49,378 bases of DNA from an uncultured Dehalococcoidia bacterium (GTDB lineage: Bacteria; Chloroflexota; Dehalococcoidia; Lucifugimonadales; UBA3495), in assembly GCA_950072105.1 (NCBI GenBank), contig CATMOE010000024.1, forward strand, positions 1-49,378, written 5' to 3'. The position numbers and the translations under genes are program-made. The notes under the pieces are model-generated. The model did not search any database. It saw nothing but the letters and a program-made list of their open reading frames with translations, and was not told the origin of the DNA. Positions 1 through 8,864 of the stretch are shown here, piece by piece. Numbering within the stretch: the stretch's first letter is position 1; the number at the start of each line of letters is the position of its first letter.

Positions 1-1034
1 GCAGCCCCCGCTTGCTGTACGTGCAGATGTTGGTGTCCTTCGCCGCGTTGACCTTCGCTCTGCCCTCGGCCAGCACCAGGGGCGTAATCATGGTCCACGT
101 CTACGAGCAGGTGATGGCCCACTGGCAGATCCCCCGGGAATCGCCTTTGAGCAAATCGGTGATGATGGCCATGGGCTCCCTGAACCGGTTGGGCTCCACG
201 GCCTTACTGGCAGGCGGAATCACCCCGGTGGTGGCTTCGTCCCTGCTGGGCGACTTTTCCTGGACCCGGTGGTTCGTATTGATGGCCATGCCCTTCTACA
301 CCATATTGTTCTTTGGCGGGATCGCCCTGTTCTTCTTCTACCGGTCGGGCTTCGATCTGAAGCCTGCTCCTGTGGGAAACCTGCTGCAAACGGGGCCGAT
401 GAGCCTGGCCGAGAAAAAAGCGGCGGCGATAGCCTTGGGTACCGCTCTCTTGTGGTTCACCGACTTCGCCCACGGTCTGCCGCCGGCGGTGCCCGCATTG
501 ATCGCCATGGGAATCATCCTGCTTCCCGGTATCGGTCTGCTGTCCTGGCGAGACTTCGAGCAGAACCTGGGCTGGAGCAATTTTTTCGTCATCGCGACTT
601 CCCTGTCGCTGGCCCAAGCTCTGGTGGCCAGCGGGGCCGCCGCCTGGTTCGCCGATACCTTGGTCGGGAGCGTGGGAGGCTTAAGAGGCTCGCCTTACTT
701 GTTGCTTCTTGCCTTGGCCGGAGCATCGGCCTTCGTGCGATTGATGATGCCCAACATATCCGGTTATCTGGCATTCCTGATACCGGTTGCCATGTCCACC
801 GGCCAATCCCTGGGCCTGAACCCCCTGGTCTGCGGCCTGACGGTCGTGGTAGTCGGCGACGCCGTGGTCTTTTATCCGGCGGGCAGCACCGCCAGCGTTT
901 TCATTTTCCAGCGGGCTGATATCAAGTCCCAAGAGGTCTTCCGGTTCGGCCTGATCATGACGGCGATAGCCATCGCGGTGGTCTTCCTTATCCTCCCCTA
1001 CTGGAATCTGGCGGGAGAAGGACTGGTTCCCTAG
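1..1034 (+). CDS. DASS/SLC13-family anion permease (5'-truncated by window edge)
   Basis: Very hydrophobic multi-TM ORF with LPSASTR, GGITPVVA and LMMPN segments resembling the SNT hairpin motifs of DASS transporters. Confidence 0.7.
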   Translation, partial: SPRLLYVQMLVSFAALTFALPSASTRGVIMVHVYEQVMAHWQIPRESPLSKSVMMAMGSLNRLGSTALLAGGITPVVASSLLGDFSWTRWFVLMAMPFYTILFFGGIALFFFYRSGFDLKPAPVGNLLQTGPMSLAEKKAAAIALGTALLWFTDFAHGLPPAVPALIAMGIILLPGIGLLSWRDFEQNLGWSNFFVIATSLSLAQALVASGAAAWFADTLVGSVGGLRGSPYLLLLALAGASAFVRLMMPNISGYLAFLIPVAMSTGQSLGLNPLVCGLTVVVVGDAVVFYPAGSTASVFIFQRADIKSQEVFRFGLIMTAIAIAVVFLILPYWNLAGEGLVP

Positions 1035-1043
1035 GAGCAAAAC

Positions 1044-1523
1044 ATGACCCAACCCGCATCACCAACCGCCCCGCCGCTGTCCCAACGGTCTCACCACCCC
1101 GACGCCACCGCTCCCGACGGCTCCGAGATACGGCTCCTGGTCGATGCCCGCCACGCAGCCACCAAGGCCAGCCTGTGCGAAGTGACTTTGCCCGCAGGAC
1201 AGGTCTCCCGCCCGGTTTGGCACCAAACGGTGGAGGAGATCTGGTACGTTTTGGAAGGCCTAGGCCAAGTGTGGCGATGTCCTCCGAGCGGTGAATCAGC
1301 CGCCATCAAGCCGGTCCGGGTAGGCCCAGGCGACGCCCTAACCATACCCACCGGCTGGCGGTTCCAGTTCAGCGCCGAAGACGCCGCCCCGCTGCGCTTC
1401 CTCTGCTACACCTCCCCACCCTGGCCAGGTCCAGACGAAGCCCAACCGGCGGAGCGCGGCGGGTTGGGGAGGGGACGGTTTAGGGGGCCAGCAACCTCGT
1501 TGCCAAAATATCCCGCCGCTTGA
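1044..1523 (+). CDS. Cupin domain protein
   Basis: HQTVEEIWYVLEG...VGPGDALTIPTGWRFQF cupin motifs; GGAG RBS. Confidence 0.8.
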   Translation: MTQPASPTAPPLSQRSHHPDATAPDGSEIRLLVDARHAATKASLCEVTLPAGQVSRPVWHQTVEEIWYVLEGLGQVWRCPPSGESAAIKPVRVGPGDALTIPTGWRFQFSAEDAAPLRFLCYTSPPWPGPDEAQPAERGGLGRGRFRGPATSLPKYPAA

Positions 1524-1549
1524 CACCACAAGCGCCAGCGACCTATACT
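1520..1549 (+). promoter_or_regulatory. Sigma70-type promoter for the T-box/trp operon
   Basis: TTGACA-18 nt-TATACT just upstream of the T-box leader. Confidence 0.7.
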
Positions 1550-1574
1550 CGATTCGTAACAATCGAATATAAAA

Positions 1575-1893
1575 AGGCTGAGAAGGGGACTAGTAGGCTT
1601 CAAGCGAGGCCCAGAGAGCCGGGTTAGGTGAGAGCCGGCGCCAGGCGCGGAAGCACGAATGGACCCCGGAGCTGCAGGCCGATCAGCGGCGCTACGGGAT
1701 CGATGATTCCGGCGGGCCGTCGCTAGGCCGGGACGGTTGGACACCGTTAGAGGTCCGCGGCACGGGAGCTACGTAGACCAGGGCTCCCCCGCCGGTTGAG
1801 AAGTTGGCCACGCTCCGTCTACTTTCCGGGAGCAAGGTTGGCGAATAGGGTGGTACCGCGGTTCAGACCCGTCCCTTGGGGATGGGTTTTTTT
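1575..1893 (+). promoter_or_regulatory. T-box riboswitch, tryptophan-specific
   Basis: GA motif/AGTA (ACTAGTAG), AGAGAG AG box, GGTGAGA distal loop, specifier GAA-TGG-ACC (TGG at 1660-1662), T-box AATAGGGTGGTACCGCG (1844-1860), downstream terminator. Confidence 0.92.
1867..1893 (+). terminator. T-box intrinsic terminator
   Basis: ACCCGTCCC-TTG-GGGATGGGT hairpin followed by a T run. Confidence 0.85.
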
Positions 1894-1922
1894 ATTGCCC
1901 AAAATTGAGAGTCCGGGGAATC

Positions 1923-2693
1923 ATGAGCACCATAAACAGCGCCGAATACGTGGAGCTGAAACAGGCGATCTACCGGGAATATAGCCGTTCCTACGACGAG
2001 GACCGGCAACGGTTCGTCTCCGCTGAATCGTTGCTTCGGCGCATCCAGTGGGCCTTGGAGCCCCTAAGTCCCGGCCAGCGTTTGTTGGACCTGGGATGCG
2101 GCAGTGGCGAGCTGCTGCTGGAAGCCCATCGGCAGATCGGCGGCGTTGGCGTGTTGGCGGGATTGGACCTGTCCCCGGAGATGTTGTCTCTGGCGCGAGT
2201 CAGGGCCGATAGAGTGGCTTCCCTGGTACAGGGCAACTCCTTGGACGGGCTTCCCTTTCAAGACGGCAGCTTCCACCTAGTCACCAGCCTGAACCTGTTG
2301 CAGGAGCTGCCCCGCCTCGCCATACAACCCCTGTTGGAGCAGGTACGGAAAGTACTGAAACCCGGAGGATATTTCCGGGCGGTAATACCTTGCAAGGCGG
2401 ACCGCAGTCCGGCTTCCCAAGCGTTCCAGAAGTTGGCCAGGGACAATGGCGCCATGGAGTTCTGGTGGCCCGAGGAATTGGAGGCTTTGCTGACAAATAT
2501 CCCCGGTTTCACTCAGCAAGAGTTCCGGGTAGCCGCCAGCACCGCGGCCTCCGCCGCCGCCGGGGGGGAAACCCGTTTCAAGTTCTTTACCGGGCTGGCG
2601 GAAGAAGTCCGCCGTCGCGGTCTGGACCCGAACCAAGTAAAGCAAGGCGTGTTGTTTTTCTCCACGCGGCGCGGCATAGAGACATCGGATTAG
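1923..2693 (+). CDS. Class I SAM-dependent methyltransferase
   Basis: LLDLGCGSG motif I, GLDLSPEML, LPFQDGSFHLV, VLKPGG; ATG at 1923 preferred over TTG at 1905. Confidence 0.88.
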   Translation: MSTINSAEYVELKQAIYREYSRSYDEDRQRFVSAESLLRRIQWALEPLSPGQRLLDLGCGSGELLLEAHRQIGGVGVLAGLDLSPEMLSLARVRADRVASLVQGNSLDGLPFQDGSFHLVTSLNLLQELPRLAIQPLLEQVRKVLKPGGYFRAVIPCKADRSPASQAFQKLARDNGAMEFWWPEELEALLTNIPGFTQQEFRVAASTAASAAAGGETRFKFFTGLAEEVRRRGLDPNQVKQGVLFFSTRRGIETSD

Positions 2694-2729
2694 AGACGCA
2701 CTTAGATAGAAGGAAGTAGGTGCAGACCC

Positions 2730-4181
2730 ATGTACCAACCATCGCTGGAAGAGGTCAAGTCCCTGGCCAGTCGGGGCAATTTAGTACCTGTGTACCGGTC
2801 CATCAACGCCGACCTAGAAACACCGGTTTCGGCCTACTTGAAGGTGGCCCGGGGGCCTTACTCCTTCCTGCTGGAAAGTGTATCCGGTGGCGAACGGCTG
2901 GGCCGATACAGTTTTATCGGTACCGACCCCTACCACGTGGTAAAGACTGGGCCGGGGCAGCCCGATGGCCAAGTTGACCCGCTGACGTTGGTGCAAGCTG
3001 AGATGGATAAGTACCGGATAGTCCCGGTGGACGGTCTCCCCCGATTTCATGGCGGAGCGGTGGGCTACCTGGCTTACGACACCATCAGCTATTTCGAACC
3101 CCGCGTGCCCCTCATGCCCGCGGACCCGCAGGGCCTGCCCGAGTCGGTGTTCACCTTTGTCGACACACTGGTTATCTTCGACCACATACGACACGACATC
3201 AAAGTGGTGAGCCACGTCCATCTCGACGGAGACATAGACAAAGCTTACGCCGAGGCGACTCGAAAGATCGACGACTTGGTAAAGAGGTTAGGCCAACCTT
3301 TGGACCTGCCGCCTGAGCTACAAGGTCCAGCCACCGTATCAACACCGGTGGAAGCAACGTCCAACTTCACCAAAGACGAGTACAACAATGTAGTGGAAAA
3401 ATGTATTGAGTACATCTATGCCGGAGACGTTATCCAAGTAGTTAACTCCCAGCGGTTCTCCCGGAAGACCGAGGCTCACCCTTTCCAAGTGTACCGGTCC
3501 CTGCGCAGCATCAACCCATCACCTTACATGTACTACCTGGACCTGGACGGCTTCCAGATCGTCGGCGCGGCCATCGAGACAGTGGTACAAGTTCAGGATG
3601 GTATCGCCGCAACGCATCCGATAGCCGGAACCCGCCCGAGGGGCAAGACCCCGGAGGAAGACGACGCTCTTGAGGATGAACTGAAGAACAGCGAAAAACA
3701 GCGGGCCGAGCACATCATGCTGGTGGACCTGGGCCGAAACGACATCGGCCGGGTCAGCGTCACCGGAACGGTTAACGTCACCCAACTGATGGACGTGGAA
3801 CGGTTCTCTCACGTGATGCACCTGGTGTCCCACGTGGAGGGCAAGCTGAAACCAGAACTCAGCGTATACGACGCCCTTCGCTCTTGCTTCCCGGCAGGGA
3901 CGGTTTCCGGCGCTCCCAAGATCCGGGCCATGGAGATCATCGCCGAGGTGGAGGGAGAGAGGCGCGGTCCCTACGGCGGCGCCGTGGGCTACTTCAGCTT
4001 TTCCGGGAACATGGACACCGCCCTGATTCTGCGCACCGGCATCTACAAGGACGGGGTGATGCACATCCAGGCCGGCGGCGGCATCGTGGCCGACAGCGTC
4101 CCCGAAGATGAGTACCTGGAGACCCAGCATAAGGCAGGGGCATTGCAGAGAGCCATCGACCTGGCCGAGGGCCGGGACTAA
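2730..4181 (+). CDS. trpE: Anthranilate synthase component I
   Basis: [47 protein letters not shown] motifs; trp operon context. Confidence 0.93.
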   Translation: MYQPSLEEVKSLASRGNLVPVYRSINADLETPVSAYLKVARGPYSFLLESVSGGERLGRYSFIGTDPYHVVKTGPGQPDGQVDPLTLVQAEMDKYRIVPVDGLPRFHGGAVGYLAYDTISYFEPRVPLMPADPQGLPESVFTFVDTLVIFDHIRHDIKVVSHVHLDGDIDKAYAEATRKIDDLVKRLGQPLDLPPELQGPATVSTPVEATSNFTKDEYNNVVEKCIEYIYAGDVIQVVNSQRFSRKTEAHPFQVYRSLRSINPSPYMYYLDLDGFQIVGAAIETVVQVQDGIAATHPIAGTRPRGKTPEEDDALEDELKNSEKQRAEHIMLVDLGRNDIGRVSVTGTVNVTQLMDVERFSHVMHLVSHVEGKLKPELSVYDALRSCFPAGTVSGAPKIRAMEIIAEVEGERRGPYGGAVGYFSFSGNMDTALILRTGIYKDGVMHIQAGGGIVADSVPEDEYLETQHKAGALQRAIDLAEGRD

Positions 4182-4211
4182 CCCACGCGCCATTCGTCAG
4201 GAGGTGATCCG

Positions 4212-4652
4212 ATGTTGAAATCCTTCTACCACACGGGATTCGTGGTCAAAGACCTGGAAACATCCGCCCGGTTCTATTCCGAAGTGCTGGGCATGCAGAT
4301 GGGTGATCGAATCGAACGTCAGGGTGAGTTCGTCGAGCAGGTTTTGGCCTTCCCCGGAGCGCATATCGACCGCGCGTTTTTGGATAAGGGAGAGGGCCAC
4401 AAACTGGAGTTGGTCCAATACTTTTCTCCGGCCAGCGGCCCGGGAGGGGTAGAGCGTAACGACCTGGGGGCCGCCCACCTGGCTTTTTTCGTCGACGACC
4501 TGGACCGGTTCTACACCGAAACGTCCCAGAAGGGCCTAAGATACAACAACCCTCCGGCGGCTCAGTACGACGGTAATGGCAACGTGTCGATGAAGGCCTG
4601 CTACGCCCAAGACCCCGACGGAAATTGGTTGGAGTTCGTGGAGATATTCTGA
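4212..4652 (+). CDS. VOC/glyoxalase-family protein
   Basis: HTGFVVKDL...LELVQY...HLAFFVDD...DPDGNWLEF; GGAGG RBS. Confidence 0.88.
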   Translation: MLKSFYHTGFVVKDLETSARFYSEVLGMQMGDRIERQGEFVEQVLAFPGAHIDRAFLDKGEGHKLELVQYFSPASGPGGVERNDLGAAHLAFFVDDLDRFYTETSQKGLRYNNPPAAQYDGNGNVSMKACYAQDPDGNWLEFVEIF

Positions 4653-5230
4653 TGCTGTTGATGATCGACAATTACGACAGTTTTACCTATAACCTGTACC
4701 AATACCTGTCCGAACTGGGCGCCGACGTGGTCACGGTGCGCAACGACAAAACGACTCTGGAAGACATCGAAGCCATGTCCCCCCGGGGAATAATCATCTC
4801 TCCGGGACCCTCGACGCCACTGGAGGCGGGCATCTCCAATGACGTGATCCAGCATTTCGGGCCCAATCTGCCCGTTTTGGGTGTCTGCCTGGGTCACCAA
4901 TGCGTCGGCCACGTTTATGGAGCAAAAGTAGATCGGGCCGACGAGATACGCCATGGAAAGACATCCATGGTCCACCACAACGGGCAGGGAGTTTTGGCGG
5001 GGCTGCCCCAGCCATTTGAAGCCATCCGCTACCACTCGCTGGTGGTCTACCAAGATTCTCTGCCGGACTGTTTGGAGGTCACCGCCTGGACAGACCGGGG
5101 GTTAATCATGGGTCTGCGCCACAAGGAATACCCGGTGGAGGGGGTCCAGTTCCACCCCGAATCCATCATGACCCCCGACGGCAAAGCGTTGCTGCAAAAC
5201 TTTTTAGACCGGGTGGAGATGCATGGGTAG
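4652..5230 (+). CDS. trpG: Anthranilate synthase component II (glutamine amidotransferase)
   Basis: IDNYDSFT, SPGP, LGVCLGHQ, RYHSL, QFHPES; start overlaps VOC stop (TGATG). Confidence 0.93.
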   Translation: MLLMIDNYDSFTYNLYQYLSELGADVVTVRNDKTTLEDIEAMSPRGIIISPGPSTPLEAGISNDVIQHFGPNLPVLGVCLGHQCVGHVYGAKVDRADEIRHGKTSMVHHNGQGVLAGLPQPFEAIRYHSLVVYQDSLPDCLEVTAWTDRGLIMGLRHKEYPVEGVQFHPESIMTPDGKALLQNFLDRVEMHG

Positions 5231-5359
5231 GAGAGTTAACGTGACTCGGGCCGTGATAAACTTGAGAGGATGGCTGCGAGTTTGCTAGTCGATTATGTCG
5301 CTACTTCCAGAAAGGTTCTAGCTATGATCGAAGAAAATAACAGCGACCCGGCTCCGTAA

Positions 5360-5614
5360 TTGCTGTCGTCCGATTTCGAATTCTCTAATCATGCGATAAA
5401 AATGCTCGAAGAGAGGAAAATCCCTCGGGAGTGGGTTATGCTCGCCCTGGAATCTCCTGATCATACTGAGATTGGGGCCGACAACAACGTCCACTACATT
5501 AAGGAGTCCAATAAATTCGGCCCTCGTACCTTTCGTGTGATAGTCAATCCCCGCGCTACACCCAACCGAGTTATTACGTTTTTCTTCGACCGCCGCTTGA
5601 GGACGCCACTATGA
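5360..5614 (+). CDS. DUF4258-family protein (putative RelE/BECR-fold toxin), pair 1
   Basis: FSNHAIKMLEERKI...LESPD...RVIVN...VITFFFDR pattern; overlaps a DUF2283 gene. Confidence 0.75.
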   Translation: MLSSDFEFSNHAIKMLEERKIPREWVMLALESPDHTEIGADNNVHYIKESNKFGPRTFRVIVNPRATPNRVITFFFDRRLRTPL

Positions 5615-5808
5615 GACTCAGATTAGACAAAGACTGCGACGCGCTGTACCTCCGGCTTGACGATTCCGAGATCGGAGAATCGGAAGAGGTGAAACCCGGC
5701 GTTATTTTGGACTTCAACGCCGAAGGGAAAGTGGTCGGTGTTGAGATTCTTAATCTAAGCGAACGAGTACCTGCTGAGCAGCTCCGGATTCTTCAATTTG
5801 AAACTTAG
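5611..5808 (+). CDS. DUF2283-family protein (putative antitoxin), pair 1
   Basis: DALYLRL...ESEEVKPGVILDFNAEGKVVGVEIL; ATGA overlap with upstream gene. Confidence 0.85.
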   Translation: MRLRLDKDCDALYLRLDDSEIGESEEVKPGVILDFNAEGKVVGVEILNLSERVPAEQLRILQFET

Positions 5809-5863
5809 TGCAACCGGTGAACTGGCTTTGGTGCCGCCTCGCTTGATTCGGGGAGCAAAATAA

Positions 5864-6889
5864 ATGATCAGAGAGTCCATCGACACGGTGGTTTCCGGCC
5901 GGTCCCTCACCATGGAGGAGGCGTCCTCAGTGATGCGGGAGATCATGGAGGGTGAGGCCACGCCGGCCCAACTGGGCGCGTTTTTAACCGCTCTCGCCTT
6001 GAAGGGAGAGACCACCCAGGAGATCGCCGGCATGGCCAGGGTGATGCGGGACATGGCCCTAAGAGTGGAGGTGGACGGCGAGTTGGTGGACACAGTCGGC
6101 ACCGGGGGCGACGGTAAGAACACTTTCAACATTTCCACCGCCACCGCCTTTATCGCGGCGGGCGCGGGGCTGAAGGTTGCCAAGCACGGGAATCGGGCCG
6201 CCTCGGGGTCCTGCGGCAGCGCCGACGTCCTGGAGGCCTTGGGAGTCCAGATCGAACTCTCACCGGTCGCGGTGGCCCAGTGTATCAACGAAGTGGGCGT
6301 TGGGTTTATGTTCGCTCCGGCCTTCCACCCGGCAATGCGTCACGCCGGCCCAGTGCGCCGGGAGATCGGGATCCGTACCGTTTTCAATATCCTGGGTCCG
6401 TTGACCAACCCTGCGGGAGCCCAGACTCAGCTACTGGGTGTGGCTTTCCCGGAGCTTGGCGGAATCATGGCCGAGGTTCTGGGGCTCTTGGGCTCCCACC
6501 ACGCCATGATCGTTCACGGCGCCGGGGGATTGGACGAGATTTCCCTTTCAGGCGATACCTCCGTATGGGAGGTGCGGAGAGGACAGGTTGAGGAGTGGAC
6601 CATACGGGTGGAGGACACCGGCCTGCCGGAAACACCCATCGAGGCCATCCGCGGAGGGAGCAAAGAAGAAAACGCCGCCACCATGCTGAGGCTCTTCCAG
6701 GGAGAGCAGGGGGCGGTCCGGGACATGGTGCTGCTTAACAGCGCCGGCGTCCTGATGGTGGGCGACAAGGCGGAAACCATACGCCAGGGAGTCGAGATGT
6801 CGGCCGGGATTATAGACAGCGGAGCCGCGCTTGCCAAGCTCGACCAGATGGTTGAAGTGACCCAGCGGTTCAGACAACATGCCACGTGA
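5864..6889 (+). CDS. trpD: Anthranilate phosphoribosyltransferase
   Basis: DTVGTGGDG, NIST, KHGNR, GSADVLEALG, RTVFNILGPLTNP, GLDEIS. Confidence 0.96.
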   Translation: MIRESIDTVVSGRSLTMEEASSVMREIMEGEATPAQLGAFLTALALKGETTQEIAGMARVMRDMALRVEVDGELVDTVGTGGDGKNTFNISTATAFIAAGAGLKVAKHGNRAASGSCGSADVLEALGVQIELSPVAVAQCINEVGVGFMFAPAFHPAMRHAGPVRREIGIRTVFNILGPLTNPAGAQTQLLGVAFPELGGIMAEVLGLLGSHHAMIVHGAGGLDEISLSGDTSVWEVRRGQVEEWTIRVEDTGLPETPIEAIRGGSKEENAATMLRLFQGEQGAVRDMVLLNSAGVLMVGDKAETIRQGVEMSAGIIDSGAALAKLDQMVEVTQRFRQHAT

Positions 6890-7140
6890 AACCGGTACTG
6901 TGGACTGCCCACGCTCGGGATAAACTTAAGCTAATCCAAAACCAAGGATTCATTGTAGACGAGGATTCGATAGTCAGCGCATTGCACCAGCCGCAACAAA
7001 TTGTACCCGGATTTTCTGGGCGATTGATCGCGCAAGCAGCCCTTGATGATGAGCACGTTATCATGGTGGTATATGAAGAGACAAACGTAATTACAGTGGT
7101 GACTTTATATCCTGGAAGGCGTAGCAGATATGAAAGTTAA
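6886..7140 (+). CDS. DUF4258-family protein (putative toxin), pair 2
   Basis: WTAHARDKL...PQQIVPG..GRLIAQ...VVYEE...VVTLYPGRRSRYE; GTGA overlap with trpD stop. Confidence 0.75.
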   Translation: MKPVLWTAHARDKLKLIQNQGFIVDEDSIVSALHQPQQIVPGFSGRLIAQAALDDEHVIMVVYEETNVITVVTLYPGRRSRYES

Positions 7141-7336
7141 ATATAGCCGGGACGTGGACATACTTTCGATACGGCTTTCGGACGATCCCTTCGATCACGC
7201 CGAGGAGAGTGAGGGCATAATCACCCATTTCTCTAAACAGGGGAAACCCGTATTACTAGAGATTCAGGGAGCCCGCGATTTCCTTCTTAGCTCAATAACC
7301 AGCCTGATCGAAGAATCGGAGGTTACGCTTCCCTAA
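7130..7336 (+). CDS. DUF2283-family protein (putative antitoxin), pair 2
   Basis: KYSRDVDILSIRLS...HAEE...HFSKQGKPVLLEI; stop abuts trpC ATG. Confidence 0.8.
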   Translation: MKVKYSRDVDILSIRLSDDPFDHAEESEGIITHFSKQGKPVLLEIQGARDFLLSSITSLIEESEVTLP

Positions 7337-8143
7337 ATGCCTAACATCCTTGACGAAATTGTAGCCGCTAAGACCCAGGAACTGGCCCAACAAAAGTTGG
7401 CCGTATCCTTGGCCGATCTGAAGAAAACAATCGCCGCTCAACCGAAAGCCTTGTCGTTGGCGGAGGCGTTGGGGGCCGGCGGGGTGCAACTCATCGCCGA
7501 GGTCAAGAAAGCTTCGCCGTCCCGGGGGCTGCTTCGCCCCAACTTCGACCCGGTGGAGCTGGCGGACATCTACTCCAGCAACGGAGCGGCGGCTATCTCG
7601 GTACTCACTGACCCTCGGTTTCAGGGCGAGTTAGAGCACATAGTCCAGATCAAACAAGCCGGAGCTTCCCGAACCGCACCGGTGTTGCGCAAAGACTTCA
7701 TTTTCGACCCGTACCAGGTCTACGAAGCCAGGGCCGCTGGAGCCGACGCCATCCTGCTCATCGTGGCCATCTTGTCACCGTCACAGATAAACGAATACCT
7801 GGAGATAGCGTCGGAACTGGGCATGGACTGTCTTGTAGAGACCCACGACGAACAAGAGATGGAGATCGCGGCCAACGCCGGGGCTGTAATCATCGGCATC
7901 AACAACCGGGATCTCCGCACCTTCAAAACCGACCTGGCGGTGACCGAGCGTTTGGCGCCCTTGGCGCCCATGGGAAAAATCGTAGTCAGCGAGAGCGGTA
8001 TCCATCAGCCAGATCACTTAACGCAACTGGCCGGGTGCGGGGTCAACGCGGTCTTGGTGGGAGAAGCCCTGGTCACGTCAGACGATGTCGCCGGAAAAGT
8101 CCGGGAACTTGCGGGCCAGGCCGTCTCGCCGGCAAAGCCATGA
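7337..8143 (+). CDS. trpC: Indole-3-glycerol-phosphate synthase
   Basis: IAEVKKASPSRG, VLRKDFI, GADAILLI, GINNRDL, SESGI. Confidence 0.96.
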   Translation: MPNILDEIVAAKTQELAQQKLAVSLADLKKTIAAQPKALSLAEALGAGGVQLIAEVKKASPSRGLLRPNFDPVELADIYSSNGAAAISVLTDPRFQGELEHIVQIKQAGASRTAPVLRKDFIFDPYQVYEARAAGADAILLIVAILSPSQINEYLEIASELGMDCLVETHDEQEMEIAANAGAVIIGINNRDLRTFKTDLAVTERLAPLAPMGKIVVSESGIHQPDHLTQLAGCGVNAVLVGEALVTSDDVAGKVRELAGQAVSPAKP

Positions 8144-8820
8144 CTCAAGCCGTAACAAAGGTCAAGATCTGCGGCATACGGACGCTCTCTGACGCCCAAG
8201 TGGCCGCCCAGGCCGGCGCCGACTTTATCGGTTTGGTGTTCGTTCCCGGCCGGCGCAGGCGATTGGAATTGGATGTAGCCCGAAAACTGGTCGAAGGCCT
8301 AAAAAATGGTCCAGGCGGAATTCCCCGGGTAGTGGGGCTATTCGCCGACCAGCCTCTTGAAGAAGTGAACCACATCATCGAAACCTGCAACTTGGACATG
8401 GCCCAACTGTGCGGGACCGAATCCCTGGACTATTGCAGCGATACCAAAGCCGAAGTGATCAAGGTGGTGCACGTCCCCCAGTCGCCGTCGTCTCCGGAGC
8501 CCCAAGGAGAACTGGTCAAGAAGATGACATCCTACCGGGAGAACGGCTGCCTGGTCACCCTAGACCGGCTGGTCGAGGGATTACAGGGAGGGACCGGAGA
8601 GAGCTTCGACTGGAGCATCGCCGCCGCCGTGGCCGAGTCAGGAAACTCGTTCATCCTGGCCGGAGGGCTGTCTCCGGACAACGTGGCCAAGGCCGTGACC
8701 ACCGTTGCTCCTTGGGGTTTGGACGTTTCCACCGGTGTAGAGACCAACGGGGATAAAGACCACAAAAAGATCAGGGACTTCTTATCCATCGCGAAACAGC
8801 GCTCAGTCTTAAAGAGCTGA
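8140..8820 (+). CDS. trpF: Phosphoribosylanthranilate isomerase
   Basis: KVKICGI, GADFIGLVF, GGTGESFDW, LAGGL, DVSTGVE; ATG at 8140 overlaps trpC stop. Confidence 0.93.
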   Translation: MTQAVTKVKICGIRTLSDAQVAAQAGADFIGLVFVPGRRRRLELDVARKLVEGLKNGPGGIPRVVGLFADQPLEEVNHIIETCNLDMAQLCGTESLDYCSDTKAEVIKVVHVPQSPSSPEPQGELVKKMTSYRENGCLVTLDRLVEGLQGGTGESFDWSIAAAVAESGNSFILAGGLSPDNVAKAVTTVAPWGLDVSTGVETNGDKDHKKIRDFLSIAKQRSVLKS

Positions 8821-8850
8821 AGGCTGACCGCTGATAGCTGAAAGCTAAAA
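8816..8850 (+). repeat. Heptamer tandem repeat (GCTGANN x5)
   Basis: GCTGAAG GCTGACC GCTGATA GCTGAAA GCTAAAA between trpF and trpB. Confidence 0.8.
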
Positions 8851-8864
8851 CCCGAGGTGTTCCA

